From: Priestia abyssalis
GTDB lineage: Bacteria; Bacillota; Bacilli; Bacillales; Bacillaceae_H
NCBI RefSeq assembly: GCF_002019595.1
Contig: NZ_KV917369.1
Location: 963,815-995,814 of the forward strand
Direction of reading: 5' to 3'
DNA length: 32,000 bases
The first letter of the stretch is position 1; the number at the start of each line of letters is the position of its first letter. A model generated the notes under the pieces. The model saw nothing but the letters and a program-made list of their open reading frames with translations, was not told where the DNA came from and searched no databases. Made by a program: the position numbers and the translations under genes. This document shows, piece after piece, positions 18,238 to 27,365 of the stretch.

Positions 18238-18268
18238 GGAAGAGGGGATTCCCTCTTTTATTTTTATT
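18238..18268 (+). terminator. Rho-independent terminator at the right edge of the AT-rich cassette
   Basis: AAGAGGG (18240-18246) pairs with CCCTCTT (18251-18257) around a 4-nt loop. TTATTTTTATT follows. Confidence 0.65.
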
Positions 18269-18371
18269 ATAAAGAACGATGCTTTTGCAGCCTTACTTTA
18301 GAGATTTTTTTGTATCTAAAATCCATTTGATTTAAATTTAACAGATGTTGTAAATATTGGGGTGGAGTAAA

Positions 18372-19748
18372 ATGGAATTAGTGTTATTATCTGGAGGATC
18401 GGGTAAGCGTCTCTGGCCATTATCTAACGATGCACGATCTAAGCAATTTCTAAAAGTATTAGAAAATAAAAATAGGGTCCTAGAGTCAATGGTTCAACGT
18501 GTTTGGGGGCAGTTAGGTAATGTTGGCTTAGAGAATTCAGCAGTTATTGCAACAAGTAAATCACAAGTAGATATGATTCAAAACCAACTTAACGGGCAAG
18601 TCGGCTTGATCGTTGAGCCAAGCCGGCGTGATACATTTCCTGCTATCGCTCTAGCAGCGTCCTATGTATATACAGTAAAGGAAGCAAATGTAGATGAAGT
18701 AGTAGCTGTATTGCCAGTTGATCCATACGTCCATGATGGCTTCTTTGAGCGTGTGAAAGATTTAGAAGCTGTGGTACACAATAGTGACGCACAACTAGCT
18801 CTTATTGGTGTGCAGCCAACTTATCCATCTTCTAAATATGGTTATATTGTTCCAACAGAGGAAATGAGTGCAGCCGAATATCGTCAAGTAAGCCGTTTCA
18901 CTGAAAAACCGACAGAAGAGAAAGCACAAGAATTGATTGAACAAGGTGCTCTTTGGAACTGTGGTGTTTTTGCATTCAAATTAGGGTATGTGATTGATAT
19001 TTTAGAAGAAAAAGGTCTGCCAACTAACTATGAAGAATTGTTAAAACAATATGATAAACTTCCAAAAATTAGTTTTGATTACGAAGTAGTAGAAAAAACT
19101 GAGAATATTGTTGTTCTTCCATATGACGGTTACTGGAAAGATCTTGGTACTTGGAATACATTAACGGAAGAAATGGATACAAATCAGATTGGTAAAGGTG
19201 TCATTAGTGAGGATTCTGTCAATACTCATTTAATTAATGAATTAGATATTCCGGTTACTGTTTTAGGGATGTCTAATGTAGTAGTTGCGGCAAGCCCCGA
19301 TGGGATTTTAGTTGCTGATAAAGATGCAAGCCCGCGCATTAAAGAATTAGTTGGTGATTTTGACAATCGTCCAATGTATGAGGAACGCCGCTGGGGATGG
19401 TATCGTGTCCTAGATCATACAAAGTTTGAAGAGGGTAACGAGGTACTGACAAAACGCATTGGTATTAAAGCAGGCCGTAACTTAAGCTATCAATTTCATA
19501 ATCAGCGCAGTGAAGTATGGACAATTGTAAAAGGTGAAGGCGTGTTTGCTTTAAACGGTCAGTTACGTGTTGTACGTCCTGGTGATGTGCTTCAAATTCA
19601 AGTTGGTGATCATCATGCATTGAAGGCTGTTTCCGACTTAGAATTTATTGAAGTTCAAAGTGGAACACAATTGATTGAAGAAGATATCGTTCGTGTCTAC
19701 ATGACATGGGATGAAATTGAAGAATATTGTTATGCATTAACTAAGTAA
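18372..19748 (+). CDS. manC: Mannose-1-phosphate guanylyltransferase with C-terminal cupin domain
   Basis: ORF 18357..19748. The preferred start is ATG 18372 (GGTGGAG RBS), giving MELVLLSGGSGKRLWPLS. The C-terminal cupin block reads SYQFHNQRSEVWTIVKGEG. Confidence 0.85.
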   Translation: MELVLLSGGSGKRLWPLSNDARSKQFLKVLENKNRVLESMVQRVWGQLGNVGLENSAVIATSKSQVDMIQNQLNGQVGLIVEPSRRDTFPAIALAASYVYTVKEANVDEVVAVLPVDPYVHDGFFERVKDLEAVVHNSDAQLALIGVQPTYPSSKYGYIVPTEEMSAAEYRQVSRFTEKPTEEKAQELIEQGALWNCGVFAFKLGYVIDILEEKGLPTNYEELLKQYDKLPKISFDYEVVEKTENIVVLPYDGYWKDLGTWNTLTEEMDTNQIGKGVISEDSVNTHLINELDIPVTVLGMSNVVVAASPDGILVADKDASPRIKELVGDFDNRPMYEERRWGWYRVLDHTKFEEGNEVLTKRIGIKAGRNLSYQFHNQRSEVWTIVKGEGVFALNGQLRVVRPGDVLQIQVGDHHALKAVSDLEFIEVQSGTQLIEEDIVRVYMTWDEIEEYCYALTK

Positions 19749-19755
19749 TTTATTA

Positions 19756-19787
19756 GCCGTTAGAGATATCTCTAACGGCCTTCTTTG
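19756..19787 (+). terminator. Perfect 24-nt palindrome followed by a T-rich tail. Possible weak terminator or attenuator between manC and manA.
   Basis: GCCGTTAGAGATATCTCTAACGGC occupies 19756-19779. CTTCTTTG follows. Confidence 0.45.
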
Positions 19788-19824
19788 TGCTGACTAAATT
19801 TACCTGAGAAAGAAGGTTACAAAT

Positions 19825-20772
19825 ATGACCCAACCAATCTTCTTAACCCCTGTTTTCCAGGAACGCATTTGGGGCGGAACAAGATTAAGAGATACATATC
19901 ATTATGAAATCCCATCTGACTTGACGGGAGAATGTTGGGCTATTTCCGCCCATCCGAACGGTCAAAGTGTTGGAAGCAATGGAGATTATAAAGGCAAAGC
20001 GTTAAGTGAGCTTTGGGAGCATCATCGTGAGTTGTTCGGCCATTATGAAGGTGATTGTTTTCCGTTGTTGACGAAAATATTAGATGCCAATGATGATTTG
20101 TCTGTCCAAGTGCATCCTGATGATGAGTACGCGAGAAAGTTTGAAACGGGTGAGCTTGGCAAGACGGAATGCTGGTACATCATTGACTGTGATGAAGATG
20201 CAGAAATGATTTTCGGTCATCATGCACAAAGTAAAGAAGAGTTTGTAAGTATGGTTGAAAATGGCCAGTGGAGCGATTTACTGCAGCGCATTAAGATTAA
20301 GCCTGGTGATTTTTTCTATGTTCCAAGCGGCAGTATTCATGCGCTTTGTAAAGGAACACTCGTGTTAGAGACCCAGCAAAGCTCTGATACTACTTATCGC
20401 GTATATGATTATGACCGCCGTGATCAAGACGGCCATTTACGTGAGCTGCATTTAGAAAAAGCCATAGAAGTGACAACCGTTCCACATACGGTAAGCAAGG
20501 TAGAGCCTGCCGTGATGAAAACAGGAGAGGCAACGATTACGACTTTTATCGAAGAACAGTATTTTACGGTTTATAAGTGGGATGTTCATTCTCGGTTAGA
20601 AATGGGACAGGATAAACCATTCATGTTGGTGAGTGTCATTGATGGTGACGGTATGCTGACAGTGAACAGTGAAAAATATTCAATCGAAAAAGGGCAGCAT
20701 TTCATTTTACCTTATAACATGGGAGATTTTGTGTTAGAGGGACATCTGCAACTGATTGTGTCACATCCATAA
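19825..20772 (+). CDS. manA: Mannose-6-phosphate isomerase, class I
   Basis: ERIWGG, LSVQVHPDD, GKTECWYII and VPSGSIHAL, the class I PMI zinc-ligand blocks. Length is 315 aa. Confidence 0.9.
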   Translation: MTQPIFLTPVFQERIWGGTRLRDTYHYEIPSDLTGECWAISAHPNGQSVGSNGDYKGKALSELWEHHRELFGHYEGDCFPLLTKILDANDDLSVQVHPDDEYARKFETGELGKTECWYIIDCDEDAEMIFGHHAQSKEEFVSMVENGQWSDLLQRIKIKPGDFFYVPSGSIHALCKGTLVLETQQSSDTTYRVYDYDRRDQDGHLRELHLEKAIEVTTVPHTVSKVEPAVMKTGEATITTFIEEQYFTVYKWDVHSRLEMGQDKPFMLVSVIDGDGMLTVNSEKYSIEKGQHFILPYNMGDFVLEGHLQLIVSHP

Positions 20773-20793
20773 TCCGATAAGGGGGAAAATAAC

Positions 20794-22542
20794 ATGTCTT
20801 GGAAAGTACAAGCGGAGAAGTGGCTTTCGTTTGAAGGCTTGGATTTAGAATTAAAAGAGTTATTATTAGCAGTAAAAGATAACGAAAAAGAGATGGAAGA
20901 TCGTTTTTATCGCAACCTTGAATTTGGTACAGGCGGAATGCGCGGAGAAATCGGACCTGGTACGAACCGTATGAACCTCTATACCATCCGTAAAGCATCG
21001 GAAGGGCTAGCTCGTTATATTGCAGAACAAGGGGACGAAGCGAAAAACTGCGGTGTTGTTATTGCATACGATTCCCGTCATAAATCACCGGAGTTTGCCT
21101 TAGAAGTTGCGAGAACAGTAGGCCAGCATGGGATTAAAGCCTATGTATTTAATGAATTGCGTCCAACACCGGAGCTATCATTTGCTGTTCGCTATTTAAA
21201 TGCATTTTCAGGTGTCGTCATTACGGCAAGCCATAATCCTCCTGAATATAACGGTTTTAAAGTATACGGGGAAGACGGGGGACAAATTCCGCCGGCTGCG
21301 GCGAATACGATTATTCAATATGTCGATGCAGTCGAGAATGAATTAACGGTTGCAGTGGCAGATGAGAAAGAGCTGCTTGCTAATGGCTTGCTTACATATA
21401 TCGGTGAAGAAGTTGATGCGGCTTATGTTGAGCAATTAAAAACGATTCAAATCAATCGCGAAGTAGTGGAGAAGGTAGGAAAAGATTTAAAGATTGTGTT
21501 CACACCATTACACGGAACAGCCAATAAGCCGGTACGTGACGGATTAAAGGCGTTCGGTTTTGAAAACGTAACAGTTGTAAAAGAGCAAGAGCTTCCAGAT
21601 CCGAACTTCTCAACGGTGAAGTCGCCAAATCCGGAAGAACATGCGGCATTTGAATTGGCAATTCAATACGGAAAAGAAATTGATGCAGACATCTTAATGG
21701 GAACTGACCCGGATGCGGACCGTTTAGGCGTTGCGGTCAAAGACGCTGACGGTGAATATATCGTATTAACAGGAAACCAAATGGGAGCATTAATGCTTCA
21801 GTACTTGTTCATGCAAAAGAAAGAGCAAGGCATTTTACCGGAGAACAGTATGGTCATCAAAACGATCGTCACGTCTGAAATCGGGCGTACGATTGCGGCA
21901 GCTTTTGGAGTGCCGACGCTGGATACGTTAACAGGATTTAAGTTCATCGGGGAAAAAATCGCTGAATTTGAACAAACGGGTGCACATACATTCCAATTCG
22001 GTTATGAAGAAAGCTATGGCTATTTAATCGGTGATTTCGTTCGTGATAAAGATGCGGTGCAGTCTGCGATTTTTGCAGCAGAAGTGGCGGCGTATTATAA
22101 GGCGCAAGGCAAATCACTATATGATGGACTACTTGAAATCTTTGAAACGTATGGCTTCTACAAAGAATCTTTACAATCGCTAACCTTAAAAGGGAAGGAC
22201 GGTGCGGAGCAAATCGCCAACATTTTAGCGACATTCCGTGCAAACCCGTTAAAGGAAGTGGCAGGAGTTGAAGTCTTAATAATTGAAGACTATCAATCAA
22301 GTAAAAGCCTGAACGTGAAAACGGGTGAAGAAACAGAGATTCTTCTTCCTGCATCCAATGTGTTAAAATTCCATGTAGCAGATGGCTCTTGGTTCTGTCT
22401 GCGCCCATCCGGTACAGAACCGAAAGCGAAGTTCTACTTTGGGGTGAAAGGAACGTCGCTTGAACATAGTGAACAGTTGCTGGAGACATTAGAGACAGCT
22501 GTAATGAAATTGGTAAATGAGATGGTTGCGGTGAAAGCATAA
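20794..22542 (+). CDS. pgcA: Alpha-phosphoglucomutase/phosphomannomutase, PgcA-like
   Basis: Phosphoserine loop [13 protein letters not shown] and Mg loop GTDPDADR. Length is 582 aa, and the N-terminus resembles B. subtilis PgcA. Confidence 0.9.
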   Translation: MSWKVQAEKWLSFEGLDLELKELLLAVKDNEKEMEDRFYRNLEFGTGGMRGEIGPGTNRMNLYTIRKASEGLARYIAEQGDEAKNCGVVIAYDSRHKSPEFALEVARTVGQHGIKAYVFNELRPTPELSFAVRYLNAFSGVVITASHNPPEYNGFKVYGEDGGQIPPAAANTIIQYVDAVENELTVAVADEKELLANGLLTYIGEEVDAAYVEQLKTIQINREVVEKVGKDLKIVFTPLHGTANKPVRDGLKAFGFENVTVVKEQELPDPNFSTVKSPNPEEHAAFELAIQYGKEIDADILMGTDPDADRLGVAVKDADGEYIVLTGNQMGALMLQYLFMQKKEQGILPENSMVIKTIVTSEIGRTIAAAFGVPTLDTLTGFKFIGEKIAEFEQTGAHTFQFGYEESYGYLIGDFVRDKDAVQSAIFAAEVAAYYKAQGKSLYDGLLEIFETYGFYKESLQSLTLKGKDGAEQIANILATFRANPLKEVAGVEVLIIEDYQSSKSLNVKTGEETEILLPASNVLKFHVADGSWFCLRPSGTEPKAKFYFGVKGTSLEHSEQLLETLETAVMKLVNEMVAVKA

Positions 22543-22584
22543 TCAAAATGGAATGGGTTAAATGGAAAGTATAGGAGATGAATC

Positions 22585-23067
22585 ATGGATGCCAACAATA
22601 TCCGAATAACACGCTTACAGGGAACAAGGTCGGAGTTAATCAAACAAGAGCGGCGCAAGAAGCGAATACGACTGCTGCTTGTTCTCGTATGGGTATTATT
22701 CTTAAGTGTGAATACATGGGTAGAAAATTTAGGAGCTTTACTAAGTTTGCATTCCATTCGTTTCACATGGGTTTCATCTCCAGACTTTTCGTCTTTTTTT
22801 CATTTTGCTGATTTAACGGAAATCCACAATTCTTGGTTTCTTATTAAGTTTGGGCATTTTATCGGTTTTGCGATTCTTAATTTATTGCTTTATTTCTGGC
22901 TAAAAAACCATAGGATGTCCATTGTGATTGCTGTTATGTATGCTATTTTCACAGAAGTGATACAGCTCTTTGTCGGAAGAGACGGACGTTTATATGATTT
23001 AATGATTGATTCTTTAGGCATTGCAACGGAGTATTATTTGTTGAAGAAGCTTAACATCTTGAAATGA
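22585..23067 (+). CDS. VanZ-like family membrane protein
   Basis: GGAG RBS with a 7-nt spacer. About four TM segments with FGHFIGFAILN and the EVIQLFVGRDGRLYDLMIDSLG block, typical of VanZ-like proteins. Confidence 0.75.
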   Translation: MDANNIRITRLQGTRSELIKQERRKKRIRLLLVLVWVLFLSVNTWVENLGALLSLHSIRFTWVSSPDFSSFFHFADLTEIHNSWFLIKFGHFIGFAILNLLLYFWLKNHRMSIVIAVMYAIFTEVIQLFVGRDGRLYDLMIDSLGIATEYYLLKKLNILK

Positions 23068-23133
23068 CGTGTTGCATGAATTTTATATTTATAAGGGGAA
23101 TAGGGTAAGTCGTTTAACAGGGAGGAATAAAGG

Positions 23134-24102
23134 ATGATTCTAGTCGTAGGCGGAGCCGGTTATATCGGCAGCCATTTAGTAAAAGAATTAGTCGAAACAA
23201 AAGAAGTGGTCGTATTGGATAATCTTTCAACAGGCCATCGCTGGGCAGTGGATGAGCGTGCGGTGTTCGTGGAAGGTGATTTAGGAAATGCGGCTGATTT
23301 GGAGAAAGTCTTTTCTGCTTATAACATTGAAGCGGTCATGCACTTTGCAGCAAATAGCTTAGTAGGTGAGTCAGTCGTTGATCCGCTCAAATATTATCAA
23401 AATAATGTTGCTGCTACTCTTACGTTATTGCAAATGATGATGAAGCATGATGTGAAAAAGTTCATTTTCTCATCAACTGCAGCCACTTACGGGATTCCAG
23501 ATGTGGACTTAATTACTGAGGATACAGCAACAAATCCGATTAATCCATATGGACGCTCTAAGTTAATGATTGAGCATATTTTAGCAGATTTCTCGAAGGC
23601 ATATGGCTTGAACTATGTTGTGCTGCGTTATTTCAATGCGGCAGGTGCCCATGTATCGGCAGAAATTGGAGAAAAGCATGATCCGGAGACACACTTGATT
23701 CCAATCATTTTGCAGCACTTATTAGGGGAAAGAGAACATATTGCGGTATTCGGGTCAGACTATGATACACCGGACGGAACTTGCATTCGTGACTACATAC
23801 ACGTAACAGATTTAGCGAAAGCTCACATTTTCGGAGTAGAAGCATTACTTGCTGGAACAAAAGAAACAGCGACTTATAACTTAGGGAATGGCCTGGGATA
23901 TTCCGTTAAAGAAGTCATTGATACATGTGAAAAGGTGACAGGCAAAAAAGCGAATGTGGTGATGAGCGATCGTCGTGAGGGAGACCCTGCCCGACTCGTT
24001 GCTTCTTCTAGCAAAATCCATGAAGAATTGGGCTGGAAAGCCGAGTACTCGTTAGAAGAGATTATTTCTAGTGCGTGGAAGTGGCATCAGCAAAGTAAGT
24101 AA
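23134..24102 (+). CDS. galE: UDP-glucose 4-epimerase
   Basis: ILVVGGAGYIGSH, YGRSKLMIE (YxxxK) and DGTCIRDYIHVTDLA. Length is 322 aa. Confidence 0.92.
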   Translation: MILVVGGAGYIGSHLVKELVETKEVVVLDNLSTGHRWAVDERAVFVEGDLGNAADLEKVFSAYNIEAVMHFAANSLVGESVVDPLKYYQNNVAATLTLLQMMMKHDVKKFIFSSTAATYGIPDVDLITEDTATNPINPYGRSKLMIEHILADFSKAYGLNYVVLRYFNAAGAHVSAEIGEKHDPETHLIPIILQHLLGEREHIAVFGSDYDTPDGTCIRDYIHVTDLAKAHIFGVEALLAGTKETATYNLGNGLGYSVKEVIDTCEKVTGKKANVVMSDRREGDPARLVASSSKIHEELGWKAEYSLEEIISSAWKWHQQSK

Positions 24103-24203
24103 TTTCATGAGATTCTTTTATGTTCAATTAAGAACGTTGGGAAGATTTGATACATGCATCTTTCTCGAAACAGTTTTAATATAGATAGAGAAGGAGAAAG
24201 ATA

Positions 24204-24650
24204 ATGCCGAAAAATAGACTATGGTTATTTGCCACTCTTTTATGGTTGATTGTTATCTTTTTGTTTACGCAGTTACCTTATTTTAACGGTGCACATACAG
24301 AAGCAGTCATCAATAAGACGGTGACCTCAGTAAATGAAACGGCACCAACAACGAAGGAAGCAGCTGGTTTTAGTATCAATTTCATCGTAAGGAAATCCGC
24401 TCATTTTACCGTGTTTGGCATTTTAGCTTTTTTCATATGGAACTGCGTGAAGAAGTACAGGTTCTCCTATATACTGGCATGGATATTAACCTTTATCTAT
24501 GCGATGAGCGACGAATGGCATCAATCTTTTATTCCAGGAAGGGAAGCATCTTTTAGAGATGTACTCATTGATTCTTTTGGTGCGCTCATCGTTTTGTCGT
24601 TAGTCTTTATCATCAATAATCGTCGAAAAAGAAGTGTAAAGACGTACTGA
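24204..24650 (+). CDS. VanZ family membrane protein (second copy)
   Basis: RKSAHFTVFGILAFF and SDEWHQSFIPGREASFRDVLIDSFGA, the classical VanZ signature. Confidence 0.8.
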   Translation: MPKNRLWLFATLLWLIVIFLFTQLPYFNGAHTEAVINKTVTSVNETAPTTKEAAGFSINFIVRKSAHFTVFGILAFFIWNCVKKYRFSYILAWILTFIYAMSDEWHQSFIPGREASFRDVLIDSFGALIVLSLVFIINNRRKRSVKTY

Positions 24651-24710
24651 ATGAACTAGCGATATTCAGCATTTTGGTATATAAGAGTGTTTGTATATAC
24701 CTTTTTATTA

Positions 24711-24758
24711 AAAACAACGGTTCACCCATTTCATTGGAAGGTGGGAGCCGTTGTTTTT
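24711..24758. terminator. Rho-independent terminator ending the long plus-strand locus. A-run on the left and T-run on the right, so potentially bidirectional.
   Basis: AACAACGG (24713-24720) pairs with CCGTTGTT (24748-24755), with additional inner pairing. It is flanked by AAAA and TTT. Confidence 0.7.
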
Positions 24759-24813
24759 CATTTATATGGTCTAGGTATATATAACTGATAGAGTAAGGGA
24801 GTTCTTTCTACCC

Positions 24814-24843
24814 TTGTATTTTGTAAGCGTTTACAATTATAAT
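24814..24843 (+). promoter_or_regulatory. Candidate sigma-A-type promoter (TTGTAT-N18-TATAAT)
   Basis: The -35-like TTGTAT is at 24814-24819 and a perfect TATAAT is at 24838-24843. It lies ~55 nt upstream of the small ORF at 24900. Confidence 0.3.
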
Positions 24844-24899
24844 GAATGTACAAAGAAAAAGTATCATTAATCTACAACCTTAAGAAGGAGTGGATTACC

Positions 24900-25013
24900 G
24901 TGGAAGAACAAGGAAACTTCTTGATTGGTTTAATGTGGGGAACGTCTTTGAGTATTCCATTGTGGATAGCATTCTTTGGTTGGGTCAGATTAATAAGCAG
25001 GCTGTTTTTGTGA
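24900..25013 (+). CDS. Hypothetical 37-aa hydrophobic peptide (MEEQGNFLIGLMWGTSLSIPLWIAFFGWVRLISRLFL)
   Basis: GTG start 9 nt after AAGGAG (24885-24890). One predicted TM helix. It sits between a candidate promoter and a strong terminator. This frame differs from the track ORF 24890..25072, which has no spacing to the RBS. Confidence 0.3.
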   Translation: MEEQGNFLIGLMWGTSLSIPLWIAFFGWVRLISRLFL

Positions 25014-25114
25014 TTATTCTTTTGCTATCAAAAGGCAACTGTGTAACCAATAGTAAATCACTGATTTTTTGATATGAATATGTGAAAATAGAACGATTGA
25101 AGTAGATACTTATT

Positions 25115-25163
25115 AAAAAACAGCGGCTTCTGTCCTTAAGTGGAGAGAAGCCGCTGTTTTTTT
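25115..25163. terminator. Bidirectional rho-independent terminator
   Basis: A perfect 11-bp stem, CAGCGGCTTCT (25121-25131) with AGAAGCCGCTG (25146-25156), is flanked by A6 and T7. It overlaps the stop codon of the minus-strand ROK gene. Confidence 0.85.
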
Positions 25164-26070
25164 AATGATCCTCTTTCGGCAGCATCGCCGCACCGACAAT
25201 GCCGGCTTTTGTCCCTAACAGAGCTGGTTCGATATGTACCGACTCCCGCAGCTGAGGGTATACATAGGATTTCACTTTCTCCCGCAATTCTGTCAGGAAG
25301 TGGTCCTGTGATTTCATGACCCCGCCGCCTAATACGATGATATCGGGATCAACGGTATGAATGACGTTGGCGATGCCGATCGCTAAATAGTTCATAAATT
25401 CTTCAACAAGAGCTTTAGCGGTTTCGTTTCCGTTGGCAGCGAGCTGAAACACTTCGCCTGCGTGGTCAGTTAAGTTTAACTTTTCTTTGCCTGCTTGCTG
25501 CAAGGCAGTCCCGCTTGCCAGAAGCTCCAGGCTTCCCTTATTCAAAACAGGATGGGCAGGACTTGCATCCGTAATGATCATATTCCCAATTTCACCGGCA
25601 CATGAATGGGCACCTTTGATGACTTGCTTGTTGTAAACGAAGCCTCCGCCGACACCCGTACTGACGGTAATGTAAAAGACACTTTCATAGCCGGCGCCCG
25701 CTCCAAAGTGAGCTTCCGCCAACGCCGCAGCATTCGCATCATTGTCTACAACTACGGGAAGGTTTGTCCGGTTTTCGATGATGTCCTTTAAGGGAACATC
25801 ATCCCAGCCGGGCAGATTTGGAGGACCTAAGATAATGCCTTTCTTCGCATTCAGCGGTCCAGGCGCTCCAATGCCAATGGCTTTTGCTTGAGGATATGAT
25901 TGTAAATTTGTTGTCATGTCGATGATGCTGTCAATGATGGCTTCCGGTCCTTTTTCAACGTTTGTTAGTTGTTGGATTTCTTCTAAAATCGCTCCGTTTT
26001 CGATGATGGCTGCGACTCGTACGTTCGTCCCGCCAAGGTCGATGCCGATCCATATATTCTGTTCGTCCAT
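25162..26070 (-). CDS. ROK-family sugar kinase lacking the canonical zinc-binding Cys motif
   Basis: GIDLGGTNVRVA (ATP-binding loop), DNDANAAALAE and CAGEIGNM. AAAGGAG RBS lies 9 nt upstream of the ATG. Where ROK kinases have GH...CxCGxxGCxE, this protein reads GNMIITDASPAHPVLNKGSLE. Confidence 0.85.
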   Translation of the reverse strand: MDEQNIWIGIDLGGTNVRVAAIIENGAILEEIQQLTNVEKGPEAIIDSIIDMTTNLQSYPQAKAIGIGAPGPLNAKKGIILGPPNLPGWDDVPLKDIIENRTNLPVVVDNDANAAALAEAHFGAGAGYESVFYITVSTGVGGGFVYNKQVIKGAHSCAGEIGNMIITDASPAHPVLNKGSLELLASGTALQQAGKEKLNLTDHAGEVFQLAANGNETAKALVEEFMNYLAIGIANVIHTVDPDIIVLGGGVMKSQDHFLTELREKVKSYVYPQLRESVHIEPALLGTKAGIVGAAMLPKEDH

Positions 26071-26439
26071 GATTGCCCGCTCCTTTCGTTTAGTCTACTA
26101 CTATTTTAATATGGCTTTTGTGCAGCTGTCACCGCTTGAATGGATGTAAATCTATTGATTTGTAAGGGAATTGAATATGGTTATGCTGCATGTTTATTGT
26201 TTTTGTGCCTTGTAGCCTATAAAATGAATATATTGGTAAATTAAGATGTTTATCACTTGCTGGAATTACGGGTGGTACTATCTTATACATAAATATGGAT
26301 TGAAACAAGCTGTGTTTCAAATGGCATCCTTCACTTCATAAGCTTATACGAATGAAGTGTTAAGTTGATACATATAAATCACGGTCGAACATTCAAGCTG
26401 CTTGCTATTTGAGATTATGAAGCAAAGGAAGTGTATCAA

Positions 26440-26988
26440 GTGTCCAATTGGCATGTATTACAAAGAGAAACGATTAAAGCTGACCGGTTTGAAGTAGTGG
26501 TAGAGAGAGTGCAGCTTCCAAACCAAAGTGAAGCTCCTTTTTCATATGTGAAGATGAAACATGGGGTATGCATTCTTCCAATTCTTGAACATAATCAAGT
26601 CATCTGCATCAAGCAATACAGACATATATTTCAAACATGGGAATATGAGCTTCCGGCTGGAGGGATTGAAGAGGGAGACCAACCAATCGACACTGCCAAG
26701 AAAGAGCTGCTGGAGGAGACGGGCTACAAAGCAGCACAGTGGGTGGACCTTGGTTACATTTATGCATCTGTCGGCTCAACAGATGAAGTGATTCATTTAT
26801 TTGCAGCTAAAGATTTAACAAAGCATGAACAGCAGTTGGAAGAAAGCGAAGAGATTGAAATAGAAGTAGTAGATTTAGATGAATTAAAGAAATGGATTGC
26901 CGAAGGCGCATTTCGTCATTCAGCTGGAATTGCTGCTGTGGGGAGGTATGTGTTTAGGAGCGTTGATGATCAAGTACCTGAGGAATAG
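26440..26988 (+). CDS. Nudix hydrolase (ADP-ribose pyrophosphatase-like)
   Basis: ORF 26431..26988. The preferred start is GTG 26440 (AAAGGAA, 9-nt spacer). The Nudix box GGIEEGDQPIDTAKKELLEETGY carries conservative E-to-D and R-to-K substitutions. Confidence 0.85.
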   Translation: MSNWHVLQRETIKADRFEVVVERVQLPNQSEAPFSYVKMKHGVCILPILEHNQVICIKQYRHIFQTWEYELPAGGIEEGDQPIDTAKKELLEETGYKAAQWVDLGYIYASVGSTDEVIHLFAAKDLTKHEQQLEESEEIEIEVVDLDELKKWIAEGAFRHSAGIAAVGRYVFRSVDDQVPEE

Positions 26989-27102
26989 GAGTTTGTTTTT
27001 GCTGCTTAGCTTTTTTTGTGCCTGTCACCACCCAAAATTTTTCAAACGTATGTTTGTTTGTGAGACTTTGGCTATGGGGTCAGACCTCTGGTACGTGAGT
27101 TA

Positions 27103-27351
27103 AAAGAGATTAATCAAGCACTTGAAGGGTTAATAATTAAAGATAAGAACGAAAAGAAACAGATTAAGAAAAAGCATATAGCAGATATAAAAAATAACCG
27201 TAAAGAAAAGATACGGAAGGAAAAAGAAGTCAGTCAACAAAATGTTTGCCCTAAGTGCGGTGGTGAGTTGTCTATGAGGAAAGGGAAGTATGGCTCTTTT
27301 TATGGATGCAGCAATTTTCCAAAGTGCAGGTATACAAAGCAAGTTTTATAA
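27103..27351 (+). pseudogene. C-terminal remnant of a protein with a topoisomerase-type C4 zinc finger (as found at the C-terminus of NERD-domain proteins). No usable start codon.
   Basis: The frame-1 translation reads ...KEVSQQNVCPKCGGELSMRKGKYGSFYGCSNFPKCRYTKQVL*. An in-frame stop at 27100-27102 bounds it upstream. No ATG, GTG or TTG occurs before the finger itself. Confidence 0.6.
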
Positions 27352-27365
27352 TGTATGCTGCTGTT

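Noticed and set aside
18327-18356. TTGATT-N18-TAAATA promoter-like hexamers upstream of manC.
   Set aside because: Both hexamers are weak, and the implied transcription start would fall inside the manC RBS (18361-18367).
24890-25072. Track ORF of 60 aa (MDYRGRTRKLL...).
   Set aside because: Its GTG start directly abuts the AAGGAG with no spacer. The alternative 37-aa frame starting at 24900 has proper spacing and a coherent TM helix.
26129-26320. A 63-aa minus-strand ORF in the ROK/Nudix divergent intergenic region.
   Set aside because: It has no RBS and no recognisable features, and it lies in the AT-rich promoter region. It is likely spurious.
26897-27342. Track ORFs 26897..27103(+) and 27130..27342(-).
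   Set aside because: The first overlaps the Nudix 3' end and runs into the stop that bounds the zinc-finger remnant. The second is antisense to the clearly recognisable C4 zinc-finger frame.
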